Below are positions 24,891 through 36,291 of a DNA stretch of 64,000 nt, piece by piece (position 1 is the first letter of the stretch; each line of letters opens with the position of its first letter). The translations under genes were made by a program, and so were the position numbers. The stretch is taken from the NCBI GenBank assembly GCA_003971905.1, contig RSEE01000010.1:434001-498000 (forward strand), written 5' to 3'. Below the pieces are notes generated by a model that worked only from the letters and a program-made list of their open reading frames with translations, was not told the origin of the DNA and ran no database searches. Source of the DNA: Moniliella sp. 'wahieum' (lineage: Eukaryota).

Positions 24891-27601
24891 GTTGTGTGCG
24901 GAGGAAGAAAGGGGGACGGAAAACGGGTGGCGGTTGAAAATGAAGGTGCGTTATATCTAGCCCAGGCGATGGGGAGGGGGCGAGACGGGGAAAGTAAAAG
25001 GGGGCTGTGGTCGGGTCCGCTGGCTTGAGGCAGTCGAAAGCAGGCCATGCCAGGGCAGAACAGGAAGACTGGCTGGGTGCGGACAAATGTCCGCTAGCCT
25101 GGGCGCCCAATCTAGGCGTGGGTATACTGGCCCCGTGCTAGCGGGAATTTCCGCGGCTCACCGGGACAACCGGACACTCGCAAAATGCGATAGTGCAACA
25201 CTGGCGCCAAGCGCGACAACTGGTTTTTTAGAACCCGCATTTTTCCTTCGCGGCTTAGTGGGGCACTAGGTAGCACTACGCCCGAGATAGTCAGGAACCT
25301 GCGGGACAAGTCACATTCGTAGCCTATCATCGAATATCGTTGTGCCTCTTCTTCTGCCAGCCCCGCCAAGGGCAGTGCATCTCACTGCGGTTTCAGTGGC
25401 CCCGAGGGGGAAGTAGTGACATGTGATTGATGATCCATGATGCATGATGCATGATGCATGATGTGCATGCATGGCGCAAGGATGTCACCCGTCACGCGCA
25501 TCACACATTATATATGCCGGCGGCACCCCTCCACTAGTTCATTAGTCACCGGTCCTTAATCGGCAATCACCGGACCGTCATCGATCATCGATCACCGGCC
25601 ACTGGTTACACTCGGTGTCAGTATCAGTATTTGGCGTGGGTTCTGGGCGTTGCCGCGGCTGTCGTCTGGTGCTTGCCGGTGCTTGCGGCGCACCGCAGAG
25701 CACTTTTCGACCAGGGCCAAGCGATTGTGCGCTAGTGCTGTCCCCATCATGCATCATGCATCATGCATCATCGATCATCGACAGTCGAGCTTAGGACCGA
25801 AGTCTCCAACCGGCCTAAGACCTAAGGCCTTCCTAAGGCCTAAGCGCCTAACCGGCCTAATCCTCGGTTCCTGCGTACCTAGTGCGGCGTCTAAGAAAGG
25901 TATGTGGTGTTGATGCATGGTACATGAAATTTGAAAGATCTAAGGCCATATAGATCACCAATCGACGATCAATCAATGTAGGTAAAGAAAAGATCGTATG
26001 TCGCGCGACCGGCGACCCGAATCCCCTGCGCCCCCTCCAGCCCTTGGCGCACTCGACAGGGAAGATGCACGATAGTCAGTGTCTAAGTGCCGCGTTAGAT
26101 TGCTGCAAGTCAGTCTTACACCTTTAGGCAGCTCTGGACGCCGTCTTCGCATCGCTCCGGCTGTCAGTGTTCAGCCCAGCAAGAACGATGCGCCTCGGCA
26201 GCGCTCCTGAGCGGACCAGCCTAAGGCGTAAAGCCGCTTAGCCTGCGCCACATTGTAGTGTGAGTCTGGAGTGCGCTGAGTGGGTAAAATACTGATGACT
26301 TCCATCGAGGCTCTAATACTGAGGCTCAGGCCTCAGGCGCTAAGGGCTCAGAGGCTCAGAGCTCAGACTGAGCTTCAAGGTCTCTCCTCGGGGCTAAGCG
26401 CTAAAGGCCGGAGGGTCTGAGGTACGGAAGAAGTATTAGTGGGGTGGGTGGGAAGGCTTGGGTGCTTGGGCCTGCTTGCACCTCCTGTTAGGCACAAGCG
26501 CGAGTCTTCAAGCTTCCAGCTTTAAGTCACTATAGTGAAATCGCTAGTCACTAGTGGTTATAGTGACTATTATAGTGACAGTCACTTGTGTCCATTCTCA
26601 AGCTCTCATATTCTCAAGCTCAAGCTCCAAGGCCCGTGACGAGTGCGCATGAGGCCTGAGCCTGAGCTGAGGCCCTGAGGCCCTGAGGGCCTTGCCAGGC
26701 CTTGCCTAGAGAAGTTACTAGTTACTAGTTATCGAGTTATCGAAGTTATCGATTATCCGATGTGAGCTGTTGAGCGCATGTGACATGTGGCATGTGAGCG
26801 CGTGCGCGTGAGGGGGGAGCACTGGGGGCTACTATACTACTACTACAGTTGGGGTCGTGGCGCTACTCGTTGAATCATGCACATGCATCAGGTGGGCAGA
26901 AGCCGTCTGTCCATGGCCTATCTATAGAGCATCATGCATCATGCATCATGCAGCACGCGCCACGCACCATGCATCATGCGTTTTGCATTATGTATCACCG
27001 TATCACCTCTGCCCCTGTACCGGACTTTGTCTCTTCTATCTCTCGGCTGAAAGATTGCCTTTATATTTCCGTGTCTCAGTCGGGCGGAAGTTGCTAAAAG
27101 AGAACGCTGCTTGCCCCGGACTTCAGTAGCTTCAGTCAGATTTCTTCCGGCAGGAACAGCAGCACTACGACAGCTATGCACGCTGAAAGTTAAACGTTAA
27201 ACGTTAAACGTTAAACGGTAAAAAGGACTACTGTCCTGCATGTCACATGTCAATGTCGTGCATGTCGCTATCGAATATGAACTGGTGACTAGCGTGACGA
27301 GTGACTAGGCTAGTGCCACAAGCCATGTTTAGCGTTGCAGGAGCCTACCCAGTGCCTACTCTGCCATTCCTTTTTCCCGTCCCCGACCTTCCGGGTCTTT
27401 TCTAGCTTTCAGCTTTAGAGTGAAGCCGAGGCCAGTCCTGGCTTGTATCCGGAGGCCGCAATGCGAACTCAACGATTGGCGCTTGGCGACCATCGACCAC
27501 CGATGAGCGCGATGAGCATCTATCATCAATCATTTTTCCCCCTTGCTTTGGTTTTGAAAATCGCATTACGTATTCCTATGGCCTAACCGATAATCCTCAA
27601 C

Positions 27602-27955
27602 TTACATGGTAGCCAACTCGCTTCGTACGTTCTTGACGTCCAATGTTTTCAACACACGATATGCATTGCGGAATAACACTGAGACAGAGTACACTGGGTT
27701 TCTCATTTCTACCACCTCTTTCGTAACGTGCAGCCTGTAACATGCGACTCGACTCCCGATGGGCTGTTCTTCGATAATCGATAATCGATCGGTCGTCATC
27801 GATCCATCTATCATCATGAATCGATCATATGTAGATAGACCGTGCATCACATATGCATAATGCCATGAATGGATGAATCCTTCTTGGTCGGGCATAGATA
27901 TCTTGGTGGTTGCCCTATACCTGCCACTACCAACAGGCCTTTCTAATACCCCCAC
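27602..27955 (-). CDS. Hypothetical ORF fragment (117 aa) next to a Helitron end
   Basis: Open, normal-complexity frame in an otherwise non-coding block; in-frame stop ~10 codons upstream; no recognisable motif. Confidence 0.25.
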   Translation of the reverse strand: MGVLERPVGSGRYRATTKISMPDQEGFIHSWHYAYVMHGLSTYDRFMMIDGSMTTDRLSIIEEQPIGSRVACYRLHVTKEVVEMRNPVYSVSVLFRNAYRVLKTLDVKNVRSELATM

Positions 27956-28154
27956 AATTGTGACTGTTTTCTTATCGCGTTTTTAATCAAACTCCCCACC
28001 GACAGCATGTGAGCTTATGCGCTTATATCCCTATCGCCTATCTCTATGTCATGCGCAAAAAGGATCGGCCCTGCACTTTTACATCAGCATGCCCCGTGCC
28101 ACGTCCGCAGCCACCCACCAGCGCGTATCGGTGATATTATTTCGTCTTTCCAGC

Positions 28155-28321
28155 GTGGAACGGTGGCCGGTGGAACGGTGGCCGGTGGAACGGTGGCCGG
28201 TGGAACGGTGGCCGGTGGAACGGTGGCTACGGTGGCGAAAGGGGAACGGTGGCTAAGGTGGCAATGGTGGGGGGGAACGGTGGCTAAGGTGGCGAAGGGG
28301 GAACGGTGGCTACGGTGGCGA
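28155..28321 (+). repeat. 15-bp minisatellite (GTGGAACGGTGGCCG) x ~5, then degenerate copies
   Basis: Four perfect units plus a partial one at 28155-28227, followed by GGAACGGTGGCTA(A/C)GGTGGC variants. Confidence 0.95.
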
Positions 28322-28331
28322 CGCAGCACCA

Positions 28332-28390
28332 AGCTGGGGCGAAGCCCCAGCTGACCGGGCCGTAGGCCCGGTGGTCTCCTCGTATACTAG
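28332..28390 (+). mobile_element. Helitron-like 3' terminus with two consecutive hairpins
   Basis: AGCTGGGGC-GAA-GCCCCAGCT (28332-28352), ACCGGGCC-GTA-GGCCCGGT (28354-28372), CTAG at 28387-28390; subterminal minisatellite upstream. Confidence 0.6.
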
Positions 28391-28801
28391 ACTGTGGGCT
28401 CTGTGAACTGTGGTGTGATTAATGATTAATGATTGGCCGCATTATGCATGACGCACGGTGAACTCATTGAGCACAGTCTCGGAGAGTTGAAGACATGCTA
28501 TTCTCTCCGCATATGGTAGGAAGGGTTGGGTTATTAATAATGCCGTATAGAAACGGGAGGGTACCCGTCGGGTGTATGAGAACTTCGTGTCAAAAAGTGA
28601 ACACCTTGCCGTGAACGTTGATGAACGCGTTGAACAACTGTAAGCTTATAAAGCTTTTTCCTGTTTTGGGCCACCGCGGGTCGCTAGTGTGTTTTGGCCA
28701 ACGTCTCCCTTATTCAGTCCCTCTCTTCAAGGCTTCAGGCCTGAGCCTCAGGCCCTCAATAAGCCTATAGGAGTTCAACCGTTGCCTTTTCTCACTACTT
28801 G

Positions 28802-29203
28802 ATGAGACTTTTGGAGTCCGGATGGTCCTCGAGGGTGATGCAATCGCACTGATGGTGGTGGTGGTGGCCCAAGCCATCCAGCAACGCCTACAGAGGAACT
28901 TCAAGCAGCGAGTCGCCACCAGGGGCTAAGCTGCGGAACAATAAGGGAAAACAGGAGAGATAAAACAACGGAGAACTCCTAGGCCTGAGGAGAAACTGAA
29001 GGGACATTGATGAAAGCACGAGCCACCCAATGGTTCAGCACTAGTACTGTTTTCTTTGTTCCGCAGCCTAGCCCCCGGTGGCGACTGTGGCTGCTTTTGA
29101 GATGTTCCTCGCGAGGCGGTGGTGGTTGGCGTAGACCACTGCTTCCACTACCACTAATGCAAATTGTGTGACCCTCGAGGACCATCAGGACTCCAGATCT
29201 CAT
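28802..29203. repeat. Imperfect ~140-bp inverted repeat with ~115-bp spacer (foldback/MITE-like)
   Basis: 28802-28941 (TGGAGTCCGGATGGTCCTCGAGGGT...AGTCGCCACCAGGGGCTAAGCTGCGGAACAA) aligns to the reverse complement of 29056-29203. Confidence 0.85.
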
Positions 29204-30036
29204 ATCACCTTCAAGCTTCAACTGTCAACAAATCTCAGTATACATTACTCACCGTACTAAACATACTCAGTATATACTCACGACTTTACCGTTGCCGAAG
29301 CATCAAGTGTTACGTTTACCGTGACTAAGGTGACTATAGCTCAACTCCTGGCTTTCAGTGGTGGTAGACCTCACAGTACTCAGTGGGCAGAAAGAACCTC
29401 CGGGGACCGGTGCCCTCTCTAAACCGTTTGCGAGAGGACCACGCAGAACAGATCTCACGTGTGCCATGCCAGAGGTGCCACCCAGGGTGCACGGTCCAGC
29501 CTCGGTCAACGTTCAACAGGCTCGTCCATCGCTATTCCAACACATCCATACGGTTCAAAACGTTCTCATTGTGAAATGTATCGAGGCATAACGGCGAAGG
29601 AGTTGAATGTTGATTGGCAGTGACTTGGGAGGACTACACCTCTAAACTAATAGCGGAAGGTGCTAATATAAGACAGGATGAGAGATCATGTCGATCATGG
29701 GACTCGGAGTTGAAGGTGCGTTGGAGCTAATAGAGTTGGGTTTGTTGGGCCTGGGTGCAGCAGCATCTATTATTAGTCGATAGAACCTGGGCCATGGGCC
29801 CGTGACGATACAGTGAGCACATAGCGGATCATTCAACAGAAGCGATGTTGTGGTTCCGGACGAAGATGAAAAACGTCCCATGCATAGTTGTATTCGCATG
29901 ACCTGCATGACTGATGTTAATCACATCGCCATATATTATTGCTATTGCACCACACTCTAATATAACGGCTTGAAGTGCGGCTTGGGTTGGGCACTTCACA
30001 ATCGTCTACTCTCGCACACCATCCTACCGAGCTTTG

Positions 30037-31828
30037 TTAATCGACACCCACCGCCCATACCTCGAGGGCGATGCACTCGAATTTTTCCCCCTTGCGCTCA
30101 CTTCCAGCGCTGGTAGGGAACGCGGTCGTGTTGGCCAAGAGGTCGTTGTCGAACGTGACCGACACCTCCGACACACCATTTTCCAGCTCATCGTCCAACC
30201 ACAGACCATACCGTCCATCTGGGCCTCCACCAAAGGCTAAACTCGATCCTTGAGCCAGGCAGGCGTACATGTTTCGTCCAGACCATGGGAACAGTTTAAG
30301 CATGCGCCCCGCCTCGAACACCCCCTCGGCACTTCCCCGTCCAGGTACCTTCACTGTCTTCCACAGGAACGCTTGGCCCGAGCCAAAGTAGTGGGGCTGG
30401 GGATTGATGGGCTCGTTGAGGAAGGCGCCGAAGACGTTGCCCTCGGCATCTTGAACGGCAAGAACCAGACCGGCATCGTGCATGGCCAGGCCAGATAGGG
30501 AAGCATTATGGGACGCCCGGACAGAAGCTTGGGATGTTTCCGGCCGTGGAGAAGTTTCGGAAAGCCCGCCCGTGCCATCGTCTGCAGCCAAGGCAAATGC
30601 AGCGGCAGAGGAAGCACCACGTAACCAACCTTCGCGAGCAGCGGTACGCGAAGCCGAGGACTGACTCATCAACCGTCCTACACGATCATATAAGGTTTGC
30701 AAGCTGACCCCATGCTGGTCCGTCGAATAGACCAAGCCCCACCCGCGGCCGAGTTGTAGGCGCGCAGGAAGTACGCCCTGGAGTTGGCCGGCCAATCCAG
30801 GTCGGACCACTTCACGCGTATCGGCATACTTCCTCGCAGCGTGACCATCTGAGCGCGGCGATGTGCAAAACGTGATTCAGCGGCGGCTTGGGGGGAGTTG
30901 CCTGTCAAGACACGGACGCGCTCGAGAGGATCAACAGCAGTGGAGGTACGCGAGGCGAGAGAGGAAATTGAAGAAGTGGCTTGTACATTGTGTGAAGGTA
31001 ACGTATTAGGTGTGGAGGGTAAAGTGCTGTCAGGGTCGGGGGCGTGGTGGGATGGCAGGGTCCATTCTGCTCGGTTCCAATCTCGGTTGTCAAAGCGGTC
31101 TTGAGCCATACTGAAACCGGGCGCTCCGGAAAGGACGGGCCCCTTTGTGGGTGCAGTAGTGGGTGAAGTCGTTGGCGGAATCGTGGTGTGTGCAAGCTGC
31201 CGCGAGGGGCGTGGATAGGGGGAAGGCGAGGGCTGTTTGGAAGGTGGCGGTGGGAGAGTTTGTTGGTACGCTTGGAACTCGGGGTCGTCAGCGGCCATGT
31301 CAAATAGACCCTTGGAAGATGGGGGCGAGGAATATAGCTCCAAGCCTCGTCTGCCGCTCCACGGGCTCGTCCCCCGATTTGGCGCAAGTTCATGTTGCCG
31401 AAGGTGCGCCAAAGAGTGTCGGACCAACCCGAATGAGACGCGGGCGGATCACCCAAGGAGGGAGTGGAGCCGCGGGCGAATGGAGATGCGGGAGGATTGG
31501 GCAAATGCGCTTCGTGATCGTCGGGATGGACGGCACGGTGATGGGCGACGGTGTGAGAGGAATGGCATTCTGGGACGGGTGGTTTGCCCGGTGCGTCGGT
31601 CAGCGGCCCAAGTGGGATGGACGGGGTGGGCCGGGCAGGGTGAACAGCGTCCGAGCCGGCGTGGGCTGGATCGGCGCGGGAAGGGGCCGGGGTGGAAGCA
31701 GGCGCAGCAGCCAACACTCCAGAGGACGTGTGGGATGCCGTGCGAGTGTGCGGGGGAGCAGTCATCGCAGAGCAAAGGGGACACGCTCCAGGGGGTGGTG
31801 CTTGGTACTGGGTGCTTGGCACTGGCAC
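30037..31828 (-). CDS. OXR1: Oxidation resistance protein 1 (C-terminal TLDc domain); start uncertain; frameshifts
   Basis: WGLVYSTDQHGVSLQTLY, VQDAEGNVFGAFLNE, YFGSGQAFLW, LAFGGGPDGRYGLWLDDELENGVS...TFDN, FECIALEVWAVG. Confidence 0.9.
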
Positions 31829-32101
31829 TTTTACATTTTGCGCCGCCCCCTATACTGCACGTGTGGCACAGTGCCACAGCCACCCTGCCAGCACGCAGCG
31901 CCCCGCGCACGTGACCACGTACGTCATCCGCACTGGGCTGGCCACGGGGGCAGTCTGGCGTGGCGCTTCGGCCACCGGGGATGGGGGATGCTCCCGCGCG
32001 CCGGGAGCGCTGGCGGGCGCTGGCTGGGTGCTGCTCGGAGCCAGAGCCGAGCTGGGGTTGGCTTCGTTCCACCACCCCTCCTTTGACACGATCCACCCAC
32101 C

Positions 32102-33591
32102 ATGGATGAGCACTACGGTACGCACTCTGCCCCCTCTCCCTCCGCTCCCTGTCTTCCTAACACCCGCCCCAGACGCCATTATCCTCGGCACCGGCGTGAC
32201 CGAATGCGTGCTGTCGGCCCTGCTTTCGGTCGAGGGCAAGAAGGTGCTCCACATGGACCGCAACGAGTACTACGGTGGCGACATGGCATCTCTCACTCTG
32301 TCCCAGCTCTTTACCAAGTTCCGTCCCGATGCTGCTGTGCCCACCGATCTGGGCCGCGACCGCGACTGGGCCATCGACCTGGTGCCCAAGTTCACCATGA
32401 GCAACGGCGAGCTGACCAACATGCTTGTCCACACCGACGTCACCCGCTACCTCGAGTTCAAGCAAATCTCCGCGTCGTATGTGTACCGCGATGGCCGTAT
32501 TGCCAAGGTGCCAGCCACCGAGATGGAGGCCGTCAAGTCGCCGCTTATGGGCCTATTTGAAAAGCGTCGTGCTCGTAACTTTTTCCTTTTCATCCAGAAC
32601 TGGCGCGATGATGACCCTGCCACCCACCAAGGTACGTGCCCCTTCCCCCCCCCCCCTCCCCTCACGTACTCAATGGCCTGAATCCTGACGCTTATATTTT
32701 ACTCCAATAGGCATTGATCTTGACAGCGACTCGATGGACCAAGTGTACACCAAGTTTGGTCTGGAGAAGGGCACCAAGGACTTTATTGGCCACGCCATGG
32801 CGCTGCACTTGGATGATTCGTACATTAAGCGCCCGGCGCGTGAAACGTACGAGCGCATCATCCTTTATACGACCTCCGTGGCCAGGTATGGCAAGTCGCC
32901 TTACATTTACCCCCTCTACGGTTTGGGAGAGCTGCCGCAAGGCTTTGCTCGCCTGTCGGCCATCTATGGTGGTACCTACATGTTGGCCAAGCCTATTGAG
33001 GAGGTGGTGCTGAACGATGAGGGTAAGTTCAAGGGTGTCACGAGCGAGGGCGAGACGGTCACGGCGGATTTGGTGATTGGCGACCCATCCTACTTCCGTG
33101 GCAAGATTGGTGGCAAGGAGAAGGTGCAGACGACGGGCCATGTGGTGCGGGCGATCTGCTTGCTCAAGGCGCCGATTCCCAACACTGGCAATGCCGACTC
33201 GCTCCAACTCATCATCCCCCAGGCGCAGTTGGGCCGCAAGCACGACATTTATGTGACACTGGTGGGCAAGAACCACAACGTGGCACCTGAAGGGCTGTAC
33301 ATTGCCTCGGTCACCACCATTGTCGAGACAGACCGTCCGGAGCTGGAGCTCAAGCCAGGGCTCGACCTGCTCGGCCCCATCTTGGACAAATTTGTTTCGA
33401 TTGCACCGCAAGAGGAACCACTGGAGTCGGGGTCGGACGACAACATCTTCATCACTCGCTCGTACGACGCCACGTCCCACTTTGAGACGGTTGCCGAGGA
33501 CATCCGCGACGTGTGGCGGCGCGCTACCAACGGCAAGCCGTTGGTGCTCAAGCGGCCTGAGCACAGCGAGGGTGCCCAGGTGCAGAGCTAA
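32102..33591 (+). CDS. GDI1: Rab GDP-dissociation inhibitor (16-nt first coding exon; introns 32118-32172 and ~32632-32710)
   Basis: MDEHY|DAIILGTGVTECVLS, LHMDRNEYYGG, RYGKSPYIYPLYGLGELPQGFARLSAIYGGTYML, SYDATSHFET. Confidence 0.98.
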
Positions 33592-34384
33592 TCTAGCCCC
33601 CTTTTGTGTCTTTTGTGGTTGTGTTGCGGATTTTGCGCTCCCCGTGGTTTTTTTGCCTCCTTTTCTATGCCAACATGTTCCGACCTGATTTGTGAAAATG
33701 GCCAGCATGGGACTAACACAGGGTAATCTAGTCACGTTCCTGGAGCGATGCAGATTCCAGATGCCAGTGTTGTAGATTGGGACGGGCCCCTGTGAGGCTA
33801 TGGACATTGTTGAATTTGATACAAGCTGTACTGGGAATACGGGGCTTTTTATCTCCTCACAGCACAAATTGTTGTCTGCTTGTGGGTGGGTGGCCCCTGC
33901 TATATCGCAAAGCTCAAAGAACGCTTATGTGGCTTGTATTGAGCCAAGACCTGCACTGCGCGTCGCACAATATCAGACTAGCGCAGCGGCAGTGTGACGT
34001 TTGGTACCTGCTTATACCGCTTGCTTTCTTCGATCCTGCCCGTTGGCTGAGCGTGGACAAACGGCTTTGCTGGCGTTGCTTGTCGTATTGCCCCCCCCCC
34101 AACTTGCTGTCTCCCCCAAGCCGAAAGAGCCTTGAGCATAAGCGCCCCTGTGTCCCCTGAGAAAGCGGCCTTCGAGCCTAGTCTTTTGCGCTTCGCCCCG
34201 AGTAAGGAGGAAGGGACTGAAGCCTTCACTGGCACCTTAGCCAAACGTGCTCTGGTTCAGCTCCGTTACTTACTCCGTTACACAAATGAAGATTCCTCCT
34301 CTGTCTGCCTCCTTTAATCTTTGCTATGAGTGCAGGGCGCTGTACAAACCGAGGTGCCAGAACCGATTCATTCTTCTCAACACA

Positions 34385-35967
34385 TCAAAGTGAACCTGCC
34401 ACATCCAAAACAACCGGTACATGGTCGCTGGTGCCGTACACGTTGTATCGGATTTCGCACGACCGGACAGGTACCTTGGGAGAAGTGCTCGCTTGTGCAG
34501 CATCGGTTCCGTTCACGTGCTCATATTGGCTGCTGCTCACCAAGAAACTGTCCAAACGCCAACCGATGCCTTTACTGCGGCACATGCCTCGCATCCCAAA
34601 GAAGGCTGGACAAAGGAAAAGTCAGTGGTTTTGTTGCTTGCACCTTCCATGTCACAGCGCCACAAGATCAAGGTACGTACAAAAGTGGCCGACTGCGTCT
34701 GGGTGAAGCTGACGCCATACATCGACAAAGGGGAAGGGGGGCTCCTTCTCCGCCTCTTCCGGGACCGAGTAAACTTTCGTGGAGCCGCCCTCTGCGTCGC
34801 CATCTGCCCCTCCCAACGTATCGGACTTGGGCGGGGGTTGGACCAAACGGCGCCAGTTGGAGCACTCTGCGTCGGTAAAGCCTGGAGACTTGTTCCACTT
34901 GGAGTAGCCCAAAGTAAGGTCGCGCTCGTCGAGAACGACGTTCAAGTCGCCGGTCATGATGATCGGCTTGGAAGGCTGTTGCTGATGCAAGTAATAAAGC
35001 CATTGGATTAGATCGACAAACCACTGTTTTTTGCCATCCAGGCGCTTGAGACCTTCGCCTGCGTTGGGTGCATAATACCCCACCAAGAAGCTCTTGTCCA
35101 GCTCGAGCGTAATGATCCGTCCGTCGTACAGCTTTCCCTTTTTCTCCGACGAAGCACCTTCACTATCGTCGGCAGTAGCATGCTTGCCGACCACAGAGGC
35201 CGGAATCCCAATTGTTGTCTTGAGGGGTTTGGTCTTGGACCACACCGCCACACCTGCATACCCCTTCTTGGACGAGTCGATGGCCCAGGCCCGGTGGGGC
35301 CATTTGCTGAAGCCAGGATGCATGACCGGGATCTCGTTCACCTTGGTTTCGAGGAGCACCACAATGTCCGCATCCTCAGCTTTGAGGTAGGAGAACATGC
35401 CCTTCTTGTCTGAGCTGCGGAAGGAGACGATGTTCCAAACGACGATGCGCGAGTCGCCCTCAATGCGGGGCTTGATGCCCATCGCTTCCAATGCTTCGGG
35501 TCCATTGTAGGGCTCAGGCAGGGTCGCCAAGTTGAGTGGGGTGCGGGGCAGGTCCGGGGCGGCGAGGTTGTCGCCATACTTTTCCCGGAAAGCAGCGGTG
35601 GGAGCAGCGGGACAATCGCTCTCCACTTGGGCCGACTTGGAGGTACGCTTCTTGGGCGTAGGCTCCTTCTTCTCGGCCGGCTCGGACGGGGATGCGACGC
35701 GGGGCTTTTTGGCGGCAGGGGCGCGTCAACGGGGGGGTCCTGGGCGGCGCGGGCCACACGCGATGAACGGCGAGGGGGCATGGCGGCGTCGGGCGAGGAG
35801 TGGAAGCCGGCGGAGGGAACAAGGGTGGGCGCGCGGGGGGCAGAGGCGGGGTTGCAGGCGCGGGAACGGAGGAATGCGTGACAGAGGCGGGGCGGGGCAC
35901 GGACACGCGACACGCTAAGGACAGAACGATGGACGAGGGGGACGAGTGTGGCGCCGGGGCTGGCCAT
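34385..35967 (-). CDS. AP endonuclease, exonuclease III/APE1-like (intron ~34605-34675); alternative starts 35967 and 35781
   Basis: RIVVWNI, DADIVVLLETKV, KGYAGVAVWSK, GRIITLE, YAPNAG, TGDLNV, FVDVWRQLHP, GIGWRLD, SDHVPV. Confidence 0.92.
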
Positions 35968-36291
35968 CGAGTGGTGTCGAGCACAAGGCAGGCAGGCAGC
36001 CCAGGGCAGCCACCTGCGTCTGCCGCGTCGCCCACCTGAGCGCGTCCCGAGATCCGGCGCAGAGCCTCGCCGGCACTCGCGCCGTGCCGGAAGAATGCAA
36101 TTGCGATGATTAATGAGCGTCATGCATGATGCATGAGCCTGCGTCTTTCGCGAATGCACACGCAGGCCGTGAAAGTTTCCCAGCCACGCGCGCGCCATCA
36201 TCGGTGGGCGCACAAGCGCGTCGCGTCGGGCGGACGCGGTGGACCCAGTCCAGTGCCTCGCTGCTCCACCACCCTGCCGCCACCAGCTGCC

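Noticed and set aside
28017..28354. ORFs with VERWP / GGTVA / VPPAT repeats
   Set aside because: Translations of the 15-bp minisatellite, open in several frames, with no coding evidence.
32692..33867. Long antisense ORFs (also 49675-50979, 38839-39774, 31163-32086)
   Set aside because: Shadow frames of real genes in GC-rich, codon-biased DNA.
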